Source: a virus. From it: DNA of 64,000 nt. Below, in pieces: positions 10,768-21,365 of the stretch. How positions within the stretch are numbered: position 1 is the stretch's first letter; each line of letters opens with the position of its first letter. The stretch is taken from the IMG/VR virus record IMGVR_UViG_3300005264_000255, positions 1-64,000 of that record; one strand, given 5' to 3'. A program made the translations under genes and the position numbers. The notes beneath the pieces were generated by a model, which searched no databases, was not told the DNA's origin, and was given only the letters and a program-made list of their open reading frames with translations.

Positions 10768-11275
10768 TTCTACCTGTTATTGCTTTTACTTTTGATACAA
10801 AAACTTCATCGTTTATATCGTTAGGAACAGTCCGAAGAAATTCTATAAAATCCGCATCTCCCATATTTGGTTGTTCTCTTAGTATGTTAAGATAATCTTC
10901 TGCAACCTTAACAGTTGCCGTAGGGATAACCTCTTCATTTTTAACACTAGGTGAAATCTCAGCAGCGGCTACAGCGTTTAAGTTATAACTCTCTTTAGAA
11001 GGAATTTCCTTTTTCAGACCTGCGATCACATTAGCTACAATTATTCCTGTTAACTTATTCACCTCCATACCCACTAATTCACGTATTTCCTGACGTGTTG
11101 TTTCAGATAATTCTGAAGACTCTTCAGACTCATCCTCTCGAACTGCGTTAATGTCAACATTAATTTCAGTTACTTCTTCATCCAACACTTCCTCAACTGT
11201 AAAGTCTATCTCTTCACCACCACCATGTTGTTGTGCTATTGTCTCTACTGTTTTATTTCCTGTATTTAAACCCAT
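10763..11275 (-). CDS. Acidic hypothetical early protein
   Basis: 170 aa, E/D-rich; own TATATTAC promoter and terminator. Confidence 0.6.
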   Translation of the reverse strand: MGLNTGNKTVETIAQQHGGGEEIDFTVEEVLDEEVTEINVDINAVREDESEESSELSETTRQEIRELVGMEVNKLTGIIVANVIAGLKKEIPSKESYNLNAVAAAEISPSVKNEEVIPTATVKVAEDYLNILREQPNMGDADFIEFLRTVPNDINDEVFVSKVKAITGRK

Positions 11276-11280
11276 AACCT

Positions 11281-11352
11281 ATCCTTTGCTATTTTTCATA
11301 GTCTTTTAATTTTTAACTATAACAAGTAACTATAGTCTATATGAGTAATATA
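11281..11352 (-). promoter_or_regulatory. Early promoter plus conserved hairpin leader (copy 1)
   Basis: TATATTAC at 11345-11352, then GACTATAG-ttacttg-TTATAGTT hairpin and AAGACTATGAAAAATAGCAAAGGAT; similar to 59493-59564 and 31317-31362. Confidence 0.75.
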
Positions 11353-11374
11353 TAAGTATAAAAGAATAGAACAC

Positions 11375-11403
11375 CAACACTATGGCTAAATGCCATAGTG
11401 TTG
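11375..11403 (-). terminator. Hairpin terminator
   Basis: caacactatggc-taaat-gccatagtgttg. Confidence 0.7.
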
Positions 11404-11418
11404 ATGAGAAGCATAAGC

Positions 11419-12849
11419 TTATTTTTTAACGTAGTTTTTAATAGACTCTTTGATCACATGACTAAAACGACATCTAGCAAGTTCAGCAGCTAATAATGTA
11501 TTAGCAGTAATGTTAGCTTTCGCTACAGTAGTGATTGCCTTACGTGAGAAATCATTAATACTATTAACAATCTCACCAACTTTACGTGCATCATCATTAA
11601 GATTTTTATCGAAAAGTTTCTTTTCAATTTTCTTCTCAACAGTAGCTAAGTCTTTTTCAAACTTATCAACAACTTTACTATAGCCTATTAAAGTCTTATC
11701 AATGTTCTTATTAACACCTTTAAGTTTTTCAGCAATAGATTTAGCATCAGTATACTCAAGTGGTTTTACATTTTTACCAAATTCTTTAACATCTTTCTCA
11801 GGTACAGTATAACTACCCTCTTTGATAGATACAGCAGAAAGAATACCTTTAACTAATGTACGTACAGCAGAAAGATCTTTAATATCTGAAGTAAATTTCT
11901 TAGCTGTTTTTAAAGCAGTTAATTGTGTAAGTTTTTCTTCAAGACCATCATCTTTAACACATGCAGCAATGTATTGTATTTTTCTAGGAGTTACAGCAGT
12001 GATACTAACCTTAACAGAGTCATAACCAGAAAGTTCATTTTCTGGTAGTTTATAATCTTTACCTATCTGAATAGTATCAGTAACTGAATCAAGTAACTTT
12101 GTAATGTTTGCAACTGTATCAGCTTTATTAATACTTAAAACTTTTTTACCTGCATCTTTATCACTAATAGCAGTAAGCATCGCAGTAATACTATCGCTAA
12201 TAGCAGAATCAGTCAAATCTTTACCATCAAGCATTTTTAAAGTTACTGGAGTTTCTTTAGCAAGTCTGTCCTGTACAGCTTCACCAAAATCTTTGATAGT
12301 AAGTGTAGTACGACCATCTTCTTTAGCGTCATCCAACAGTTTTATTAATGTTTCATAAGTATCTTCTTTTTTACCAAAAAGACTTTTGATGAAATTAATT
12401 GTTTTTGTAAGAAGCTCTTTAATCCAAGCCCAAATTTTAGCACTAACCTCTTTAGCTTTTTTCCAAGCAGTTTCTAATAAGTTAGAACCCTCAGCACCAT
12501 AAGTAACAGACTCTTTACCAACAGTAAAATCATCAATCATATTAGCTTGTCCAATTAACGACAAAGATGTTACTAATGTTTCTCTACCAACAGCCGTAGC
12601 TAAATCATTATCACCACTAGCGTCACTAACAGCAGTAACCATAGCAGAAGCTTTTTCGATACCAGCAGCAGCCTTCTCAAGCATGTCTAATCTATGTGAT
12701 TCAAGTGTTAACCCTTCTACAGCTGCAACAATACCTGCATACGCATCTAATGAATCTTCCATTACAGCGTTATCATATTTTCTAGACTCTAATCCTAAAT
12801 CAATTCTCATTTTTATCTCCTGGATATGTTTATTTTTTTTATAAGTCAT
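11419..12849 (-). CDS. Inner-head/ejection protein (phiKZ gp93-97 paralog-like)
   Basis: Acidic propeptide with LGLES, VGKES and YGAEG sites, then the amphipathic W..IKELL...IKSLFG segment. Confidence 0.7.
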   Translation of the reverse strand: MTYKKNKHIQEIKMRIDLGLESRKYDNAVMEDSLDAYAGIVAAVEGLTLESHRLDMLEKAAAGIEKASAMVTAVSDASGDNDLATAVGRETLVTSLSLIGQANMIDDFTVGKESVTYGAEGSNLLETAWKKAKEVSAKIWAWIKELLTKTINFIKSLFGKKEDTYETLIKLLDDAKEDGRTTLTIKDFGEAVQDRLAKETPVTLKMLDGKDLTDSAISDSITAMLTAISDKDAGKKVLSINKADTVANITKLLDSVTDTIQIGKDYKLPENELSGYDSVKVSITAVTPRKIQYIAACVKDDGLEEKLTQLTALKTAKKFTSDIKDLSAVRTLVKGILSAVSIKEGSYTVPEKDVKEFGKNVKPLEYTDAKSIAEKLKGVNKNIDKTLIGYSKVVDKFEKDLATVEKKIEKKLFDKNLNDDARKVGEIVNSINDFSRKAITTVAKANITANTLLAAELARCRFSHVIKESIKNYVKK

Positions 12850-12956
12850 TATGACTTTTTTACATAGCGGACATCTACATCCATATAATCATTGAATAAT
12901 GATATCTAAAATTAAACTATTATTATTATATCAACTATATTACTGTAAAAGATTAT

Positions 12957-14885
12957 TTAAATTACTCTTGTTGTGTTCATCTCGGCTATTAGTCTTACAA
13001 TATCTGAGATGTTACTTCTTGACTCTACCTTAGTTACCTCTATAAAAATCTTAGCTATATTAGTATAGTTAGTACTCATCAGTGTAGCGTAGCTAGTAAG
13101 TATACCTGATAGTCTACCTAACGTTTTACTATGTGTCTTATCTTTTTTAAAGGCTTCTTTTAATTCCATAATTTCTTCAGAGAAAACTATCATGGCATCT
13201 TTATTATCATCCTGAGCTTTATCTAAAAGGTTCTTATGTGCAATAGCGTTTGTTCCAATAGAAAGTAACTTATTTCTAACAGCGAACATCATTGGTAGAA
13301 CATCTCTTTCTAAAACACCATCTTTAACAATACTTGACTTAGTTAGATACTCACCTTTAATCTTCTTATGTTCTTCTTCTAAGTAACTACTAAATAACTG
13401 ATTAACATCTATCACCTCCGTAGTATAAGCTATCTTACCAAGTACTATATCCAAGATATCTAAAAATAGGATAATTATCTCATGTGCCTCTTGAGCAAGT
13501 TTATCAAACCTATTTCTAGAAATTTTACTAATCTCCCTAGATAATTCCTTAGGTGTTAAATTCCTACCTTTAAACTCATTAAGTAAAGTAACATACTCTT
13601 GTGCAACTTTATCATATTCAGGTATATACTTTTCAATAGCTTTAACTTTTTCTTTTAACTCTTTAAGTATAACAGATGACTGTGGTACATATGCTACATA
13701 TAATTTATCCTCAGATACTGCCATAATATTAAATAAATACTTAATAGACTTATCTTTAGTTTTAGCATACATCTTATCATGGATGTATGCCTTCACAACA
13801 TCAAAGACTTCAGGCTTTAACTTACAAACATCAGTATTACCTTTAAAGAACGATAGCTCTGATTTAAAACTATCCTGAGGTTGACCATTATCTATAGTGA
13901 TATATCTTTTAGCTTCGTTTAATAGTAATGTGAAGTTAAACTCACTTATATCATCCTTTGGTCTGTCATTCTCGTTAGGATTTACTAAAGGGTCTATGAT
14001 AGTTGTATTAGGTGTTTTCATATGCTCATAAAAGAATTTAACATAATCTACTATGTTAACACGGTTATGATTGTCAATACCTCTATGAGTCATAATATCG
14101 GATAACTTATCTCTATTTAATAAATAATCCATGAGACTTAAATCTCTATAACCTCTAACCTTATTGTTATTAAGATTAGTCATTGATTCATCTATAGCTG
14201 TTATAAGCATCTTAAGACTCTCGTTAGTGAATCCTTTATCCTCAGTTATACAATCTTCTATCAAAAAGAGCATAGGTACTTTCTTAATAGAATTTACAAG
14301 CTTATCTATAATACTCGCTACCTGTGCAGTATTATTACTCTTAAAGTTTACACCTAGAGAATCTTTATTTACTACATTTTCCTTTATAGCTTCTTTTACT
14401 TTCTTTATCTCAGTTTCAATCTTAGTACTAGCCTTGTTTTCATCTTTATCAGACTTATCACTGAAGATACCTGTAATGAAGTCAATAACAGCTGTTATAA
14501 ACCTACCCATACTTTCAATAATTTTTTCTATAAGAGTTAAGATACCTGTAAAGATAGCTTCAATACCACGACCAATAGAATCAAATATGGATTCATTACC
14601 ACAAGAAACATCTATATAATAACTACGTGATTCAATACCTATTATAGACATAGAGCTAGATATACCATGATTAACTACATCAGTAACTAAAACACCATTC
14701 CCTTCTAGAATTTCAGTTACGTAATCATCTACACGCTGTAAACCAGTAAGACTTCTTTTACATTTATCTAACTCTAGTAAATCTTGTTTAAGAATACTTT
14801 GTTCATTGATAAGGTTCATCGCAGAATCAGTATAGTTAAATGATATTTTAGAATTAATCCTTTTTTTACGTTGTACAGTAAACAT
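12957..14885 (-). CDS. Inner-head protein, paralog of the previous gene
   Basis: IGIES and CGNES sites followed by IFDSIGRGIEAIF...FITGIFS amphipathic segment. Confidence 0.6.
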   Translation of the reverse strand: MFTVQRKKRINSKISFNYTDSAMNLINEQSILKQDLLELDKCKRSLTGLQRVDDYVTEILEGNGVLVTDVVNHGISSSMSIIGIESRSYYIDVSCGNESIFDSIGRGIEAIFTGILTLIEKIIESMGRFITAVIDFITGIFSDKSDKDENKASTKIETEIKKVKEAIKENVVNKDSLGVNFKSNNTAQVASIIDKLVNSIKKVPMLFLIEDCITEDKGFTNESLKMLITAIDESMTNLNNNKVRGYRDLSLMDYLLNRDKLSDIMTHRGIDNHNRVNIVDYVKFFYEHMKTPNTTIIDPLVNPNENDRPKDDISEFNFTLLLNEAKRYITIDNGQPQDSFKSELSFFKGNTDVCKLKPEVFDVVKAYIHDKMYAKTKDKSIKYLFNIMAVSEDKLYVAYVPQSSVILKELKEKVKAIEKYIPEYDKVAQEYVTLLNEFKGRNLTPKELSREISKISRNRFDKLAQEAHEIIILFLDILDIVLGKIAYTTEVIDVNQLFSSYLEEEHKKIKGEYLTKSSIVKDGVLERDVLPMMFAVRNKLLSIGTNAIAHKNLLDKAQDDNKDAMIVFSEEIMELKEAFKKDKTHSKTLGRLSGILTSYATLMSTNYTNIAKIFIEVTKVESRSNISDIVRLIAEMNTTRVI

Positions 14886-15805
14886 TACTTCACCTCTAAA
14901 ATTTTAGTTACCTTTAGTTTTAATTTGTTAACTTTATCCTCATAGTACTTTATAGCTTTAAGATTACCACTATTAGACTTAAGCTCTAAAAGTCTTAACT
15001 CTAATAACTTAACTCTAGCTTTATGATAATCTGCTCTTAACATATCAATATCTACTAATAGTAGTCTTATATGCATTATAGGATTACCTATAAAAGAACG
15101 AGATAATTCTGAATGATGTTTATTTTCATCTTTATAATTAAAGAATCCTAAAAATCTTTTAATAGTAGCCTGTGTATAAAAATCAGATATTTTAAAAGTA
15201 TCTTTAAAGAAACCCATAATTACGTCAGTTGGAATAACAGACATCTCTTCATTACGTAGTGTTTTTATCGTTGGTATGTTACCGATAGTTTCGACAACTT
15301 TATCTAAATTACTCTTTTCAAACTCAGGTATTAATTTTACTAGTGTTAATAAGTCGTTACCCGCTTTAGCTTTAATAGAAGTATCTAACTCACTACTTTC
15401 CTCAGTATAGAATTTATCTACTATATAAGTTAGAACATCTGTAATAATCTCACTAAAGTATATACCCTCTGATAACACAGCTAATAATATCTTATTATTT
15501 AGATTATATGTACTCGTAGAAATTGTATCAGATACCTCTGATAAAACCTTCTTTTTAAGCATAGGAATTATCTTAAGATAACTTTCTTCTATCTTTATCA
15601 ATTTCTCGAAGAACTCTTTATCATCTTTTAAACATAATTGTGCAAATGGTAAACTATTAGATAAAATAGTCTGGTCACCGACTTCCTTTATCAGAGTATT
15701 CAGACTAGGAAGAATGTCACCACTTATGGTATCTTCTACACTGTCTATTAGTGTCATAATTTCATCTTGTTGTAAGATGATTGTATTAGTAAAACGTTTT
15801 CTCAT
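14885..15805 (-). CDS. Inner-body head protein (phiKZ gp90-like)
   Basis: FIGNPIMHIRL...LELRLLEL motif; synteny. Confidence 0.6.
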   Translation of the reverse strand: MRKRFTNTIILQQDEIMTLIDSVEDTISGDILPSLNTLIKEVGDQTILSNSLPFAQLCLKDDKEFFEKLIKIEESYLKIIPMLKKKVLSEVSDTISTSTYNLNNKILLAVLSEGIYFSEIITDVLTYIVDKFYTEESSELDTSIKAKAGNDLLTLVKLIPEFEKSNLDKVVETIGNIPTIKTLRNEEMSVIPTDVIMGFFKDTFKISDFYTQATIKRFLGFFNYKDENKHHSELSRSFIGNPIMHIRLLLVDIDMLRADYHKARVKLLELRLLELKSNSGNLKAIKYYEDKVNKLKLKVTKILEVK

Positions 15806-15818
15806 AAGTTTCCTTTTC

Positions 15819-16940
15819 TTAAAATGGTTGTTTATTGTTTAACATATCTTTTAGTAATGATGTAACATCACTCTCTTTCTCTTTTTTAAGCATATTAAAG
15901 TTAAGTACACTAAAGCTAGGAATACTATCTATTAACATTGTAAGTTCTTCATTCTCCACATCTACGAAAGTAACTGAGAAAGCCATTAACAAATTAGTTA
16001 AACTATCTTTATCTTTATCTTTTAGAATATTACCTTTAATCAGTTTGTTTATTGTAGCTATAGTAGAGTTATCTAGTATATAGATATTAAAGTTCTTACT
16101 AAATGTATTCTTATTATGTATCAAATCTTTAATACCATGTACCTTATCTACTTTGTTAAGATACTTAGCAAATGTACTTTCATTAGAAACCTTTTTATCT
16201 TTATACTTTTTAACTAAATCTGTAGCAAAGATTAAATCAGATAAACCTATCATACCTGCACGATACTCATCTATTCTAGCAAATAAGGTTTTATCAGCAT
16301 TGCTATCTAACATATTGTTAATTAAAGGATGAGCATCTACATATGTTATATTAGGATATACCACTAATGGCATAGTGAACACTGCTTTGTTACCACTGGC
16401 TGTTTCAAACCCTAGTTGTAATTCATATGTATTAACGAAACTACTAACATCTTTTTGTATATAGTTATTGTTTTCTAACTTACTAGAAACTACTCTATCT
16501 ACTTTCTTAGCCTCTGTAGCAGGTAAAATACCATCTATATCTAAAAGGTCTTTAACATAATCAAAACTCTCAGTACCCTGGAAGATATCATACAACTCAC
16601 CAGCATCATCCATTAAGCTACTTTTACTAAGCTTATCTATGGCAATACTCGGTTTAATACCATACATCTCCACCATCACTCTAACAGCATTAGTAACAAT
16701 TGCTGTAAACAGAATAACCTCAGTTTTAATCATATCTCTTAAAACTGATTTATCCATATATTGTAAATTTTTGTCTATAATAATATTAGGAGTAATTATA
16801 AATTTTGATAATAGTTTTGTCATCTTTCCTGACGATGAAATATCAGGCTCTAATTGTAAAACGTTCTCTTTCTCTTCATAAATATTCTTAATGATATTAC
16901 CAATAGTAAATATGCCACTTTTTGTACCACCTAAAGCCAT
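15819..16940 (-). CDS. Inner-body head protein (phiKZ gp89-like)
   Basis: YRAGMIGLSDLIFATDLVKKY motif, C-terminal QPF, QGTES processing site. Confidence 0.6.
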   Translation of the reverse strand: MALGGTKSGIFTIGNIIKNIYEEKENVLQLEPDISSSGKMTKLLSKFIITPNIIIDKNLQYMDKSVLRDMIKTEVILFTAIVTNAVRVMVEMYGIKPSIAIDKLSKSSLMDDAGELYDIFQGTESFDYVKDLLDIDGILPATEAKKVDRVVSSKLENNNYIQKDVSSFVNTYELQLGFETASGNKAVFTMPLVVYPNITYVDAHPLINNMLDSNADKTLFARIDEYRAGMIGLSDLIFATDLVKKYKDKKVSNESTFAKYLNKVDKVHGIKDLIHNKNTFSKNFNIYILDNSTIATINKLIKGNILKDKDKDSLTNLLMAFSVTFVDVENEELTMLIDSIPSFSVLNFNMLKKEKESDVTSLLKDMLNNKQPF

Positions 16941-17029
16941 AACCTGTCCTTAAATTAAATTTATTCATTTTATTACTTTAGTATAGGTATTTTTTAAATT
17001 GAAATACTATATTTAAAAGGAAAATAAAC

Positions 17030-18094
17030 ATGACAGAAAATTTAAACATCTATGACCATATTAATAATAACACTGTTGGTTTTAATGAGAAAGAAGTAGG
17101 TGACATGTTATATGGATTTAGTCATTCCGATCATATACCTTTCTTACCCTCTAATAAGGATAGAAGTGGTATTACTTTTTTTACTAAACCCCAATTAAAT
17201 CTGACTGATATGAATATAAAGAATCTTCCAGGATTATATAGATTATTAACTAAAACACAAGCCTCTATCGGTAGGTTCGTCAGAACAACCTTAGATCCAA
17301 GGTTATCATTTAACTTTAGTGATCCTCTATATCATCATGAGAAATTGAGTTCTCCTCTTGTTGATAAGTTTAATCCATTCATACCGATACTTTCTAATAC
17401 ATTATTATCACTAAGTGGTTGGCCAGACGTTACTGTACCAACATTTACATCTAGTCCAGGGTTACGTAAAGAGCAATATACTATGGTAGATGGGATTTTT
17501 GAAACCTATGATGCCTTTGATTTAACTGCTACATTTAAGAATTTCGTGAATGAACCTTTATCATTACTATTTGAAACTTGGTCCAGAGTACCGTCAGCTG
17601 TCTTTGAGGGTACTATGAATGACTATATGGATATAATGTTAGCTAATGAATTTAGTTATAATACAAGAATATATAAATTCATTATGGACGAGAGTAATAG
17701 ATTTATAACTAAGGTAGCTACTACAGGAGCATCATTCCCTAATACTGCTCCTATGGCTAGTTATTTTGATACCGATAGAAGTAAATCTTATACTGGACAG
17801 AATGAAGAACTGTCTATAACATTTAAATCTGTAGGTGCTATATATAATAGTGATTTATCGTTACTGGAGTTTAATATGGTGGCAGCATCTTATAATAGTG
17901 ATGTATATAACTTACTCATGGGTGAAGAACATAATCTAGTTAAAATAGATTATGAGGTATTATCTTTATTCAGAGGTCGAGGTTATCCTGTTATCGATTT
18001 GGAGACTAATGAATTATGTTGGTATATAAATAAAGATAGTCCTACATTAGCTAATGTAATTAAGGAATTATCTGAAAGTAAGGAAAATAAATGA
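17030..18094 (+). CDS. Baseplate/tail-tube-like structural protein (phiKZ gp88-like)
   Basis: GITFFTKPQLNL, RTTLDP, FIPILSN.L.SLSGWPD and YNTRIY motifs. Confidence 0.7.
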   Translation: MTENLNIYDHINNNTVGFNEKEVGDMLYGFSHSDHIPFLPSNKDRSGITFFTKPQLNLTDMNIKNLPGLYRLLTKTQASIGRFVRTTLDPRLSFNFSDPLYHHEKLSSPLVDKFNPFIPILSNTLLSLSGWPDVTVPTFTSSPGLRKEQYTMVDGIFETYDAFDLTATFKNFVNEPLSLLFETWSRVPSAVFEGTMNDYMDIMLANEFSYNTRIYKFIMDESNRFITKVATTGASFPNTAPMASYFDTDRSKSYTGQNEELSITFKSVGAIYNSDLSLLEFNMVAASYNSDVYNLLMGEEHNLVKIDYEVLSLFRGRGYPVIDLETNELCWYINKDSPTLANVIKELSESKENK

Positions 18095-20848
18095 GTATCA
18101 GTGAATCAACATTATTAGAAATGCGTAAGTGTATCTATGACCCTAACTTAGTACAGATAAAAAATCTGGAACTTTTAACTAAAGGACTAGAGAGTACGTT
18201 AGACATACCAGACCCGACTAGTCCATTCATGTTCTTACTAGAGAATAATGCTTTAAATACAACAGCAGCAGTACAGGAGATAAGTAGTAACCTTAGAAAG
18301 AATTATCCTGAATTAGCTACTACTAAACTAGACTTATATAACCACGTTAATACTAGTGAGATAGATGAGTATTTCTCTAAACCTAGTACTGCTGAATTTA
18401 ATATATATTTTAATAAGAAAGATTTACTTTCTTTTGGTGAAACCGTTAATGGTAACACTACTATAACGATACCTAAATATAGTAGTATCCTAGTGAATGA
18501 TATAACATTTACGTTAATTAATGATGTACAATTAACTATTTATAGTAATAACAAGATATTCACTAAATACATACATAATGAATTAGCTATTAGTTATAAT
18601 GTAGACCGTGCTGCGACTAGTACTATAGTTACTGATAGTAATGGACTTGAATGGGTTATGGTAAGTATAACGTTTCACCAATTAAAGAGATATTCTTTTA
18701 GAGAAACCTTAATGCAATCAGAATCTTTTAAAAGTACTATAAATTTTGATACTAATAACAATTACTCTTATATAGATGTTAAAAGTATAAACAGACTCTA
18801 TAGACCTAGAGATTCCGATTGTATATAACCTTAACAACCTAATCTCTACATATCTGGATATAACTGTTTTCACTACGTTAGGTGTATTAGACATACCTTT
18901 AAGTCATTATGAAGTAAGTGATTTCGTTTTCACGATGGAAATACCTGCAACTACTGATGCTACTATTATAGGTATTAGTAACATATCCACATTCGCTAAC
19001 TCTGATGACTTTACTGTAGGCGGTGTTGCTGAATTATCTTTTGTAGATTTAAAAAATAAAATAATTAACTATAGTACTGGCGATAATAATCTACCGATAA
19101 CTATAAACGAAGTTAAAGATACATTATTGAAAAATGACTTTACATTTATTGGTATAGAGAAAAGTCTATTAGAGAGTAAGATTTTGGCTACTAGATATAT
19201 AGGTAAGTTGAATAATAAGGTAACGGCTACTTTCGATGATATTAATACTGAATTAAAATTTATGATTAATGATGTTAATAGTGTCAACTGCATCAAGAAC
19301 GATACAAGTATTGTTTTTAACCCTTATCAGATGTTTAGTTTTAAAGATGGGACTATGAGAATAGTTAACGATACCGAACAGGCTGAAATATTATCAATTA
19401 TTGAAAAGAAACCTAGTGATTATAATAACTATAAACTCTTCTTTAATCTATTTAAGTATGTACTAGATTACGGTAACCATCTGAAGACAAGGATATACGA
19501 TGTAAATCAGTCTAAAGTAACCAATCCTTATACTAAGTATGTTAATACTGATTTAGCTACTACGTTTAATATAACTACTAGAAGTTTAATATTCTTAAAA
19601 GATTCCTATAGTCTTAGAATAGCTATTGATATAACACCTGAACTAGCTACACTTAATATTGATCGATTATATTCACAATTAAGTTTAAAATTACTTAATA
19701 ATGATATAATGTATTTTAAAGGAACTTCAGCTATTGTTAATAATCAAATAGTTATTACTACTACGATACCTATTGATGGTTATATTAATGATGAACATTA
19801 CTTTATCACTGAAACACCTGATGGTCCTGTAAAACGCAATTACCTAAGTATTCTAAATAAGGGAACTTTAGATATTTATAGTACTGATACATCTATAAGT
19901 AAATATAACACTATAAGTATTGATGACATTATCATAGATAACAGTACTTGTATTTTCTATAAGGAAACATTATCACTGGAGTTCGCTACATATCTGAAAC
20001 ATCTATATACAAATTATAAAATAGAATATACACCTAGAAAGTATTTAAAATATACTGAAATAGAATACTTAACTTATAATAAGAATGTTTATAAATTGGA
20101 TAAGGATGGATTAATAGAAACTACACCTGTAGTTGATGAAGATGGTAATACTAACGATGTAGTAATGACTGTGTTACACGAGGAGGGTTCTTATGTATTA
20201 GATGGTAATGGTGAAAAGATAATCCTTCATAACATCGGTGACACCATCTTAGATGAGAACGATAGTCCTATAATTGATAAGGATATTGGTATAATTCATA
20301 AGGTTAATATGTTTCTTTTGGAAGACATCTTCCTAAGAGTGAATGAACCTACATATAATAAGTATAGGATAGATTACTTTCTTAAGATAACTGATACCTT
20401 AAAAGAAGACATCTTACCTATAAATGATAATTTGTTAGAAAATACTGCATTACTATATAAGAGTCATAATACTGATAGTCCTGTTGAATTAAAGTTTAAT
20501 AACATTATAAGTGCTTATGATAATTACATCAGTCCTACTATAACTTTATATACAAACTCTGATGCATCGTTAATTATTGATGATACTCTAATTATAAAGG
20601 TTTATGATTTTATTAAGGATAGAATCACTAAAGATGTGATTATTGCAGATATAGAGAAAGAACTAATGAAGACTCTGGATAGTGACATTATATCAATTAA
20701 CATTAGATTGGTAGAAGATGAAAATATTACTATTATTAAATACAACGATAACAGTAGTAGATTTATTATTAAAAAGAAATTAACATTAACTGTTAACAAA
20801 CTTTTAGGTATTATACCAGATATAAAAATAAATAGTCTAACACTATAG
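18091..20848 (+). CDS. Large baseplate structural protein (phiKZ gp87-like), split by a frameshift near 18795
   Basis: N-part 18091-18828 (DPTSPFMFLLE, YPELA). The frame of 18935-20848 is already open from about 18793 (DSIDLEIPIVY...VFTTLG), so the two ORFs are one gene. Confidence 0.65.
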
Positions 20849-20867
20849 GGATATCCCTATAGTGTTA
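20838..20867. terminator. 30-bp perfect palindrome between convergent genes
   Basis: taacactatagggat|atccctatagtgtta. Confidence 0.75.
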
Positions 20868-21347
20868 ACAGTTTATAATGTGTCTGTATATCATCATAAC
20901 TCGAGCTCTATCACCATTTAGTAAAGTAAGAGTATCTGTAGCCATGATATCACGAATACCTACGAGAGCTGATTCCATCATATTACTGGTTGGTTTAAGA
21001 TAGGCAACTAGTCTATGTTTTAGGAGTATCTTTAACTGTGATGTAAATTTATCAAAGTCGATACCAATCTCTTCATTGATTTCAAGACCCATAGTATTAG
21101 CGAATATCGCCATATAATTGTTAACTTCATTAACGGTATATTTCTCTTCATAGAATTTTCTCATATCAAACTGTACCTTATCACAGATACCTATTACAAT
21201 AGTCATAAGTATACGTTCACGATCTACATAAGGTAGTGTTTCATAATCAGGAACTGTTTCTTTAATACAATTAAGTATACAACCAGCTATATCCCCTACC
21301 TCATATTCTTTCTCACGGCATAAATTAATTCCACTTAGGTATAACAT
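20865..21347 (-). CDS. Hypothetical protein
   Basis: 160 aa, SD AAGGA. Confidence 0.55.
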   Translation of the reverse strand: MLYLSGINLCREKEYEVGDIAGCILNCIKETVPDYETLPYVDRERILMTIVIGICDKVQFDMRKFYEEKYTVNEVNNYMAIFANTMGLEINEEIGIDFDKFTSQLKILLKHRLVAYLKPTSNMMESALVGIRDIMATDTLTLLNGDRARVMMIYRHIINC

Positions 21348-21365
21348 TTCTTTTTTCCTTTATTT

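Noticed and set aside
18780-18935. Programmed frameshifts or introns at split genes
   Set aside because: No shared slippery site or inserted intron sequence; sequence appears missing rather than added
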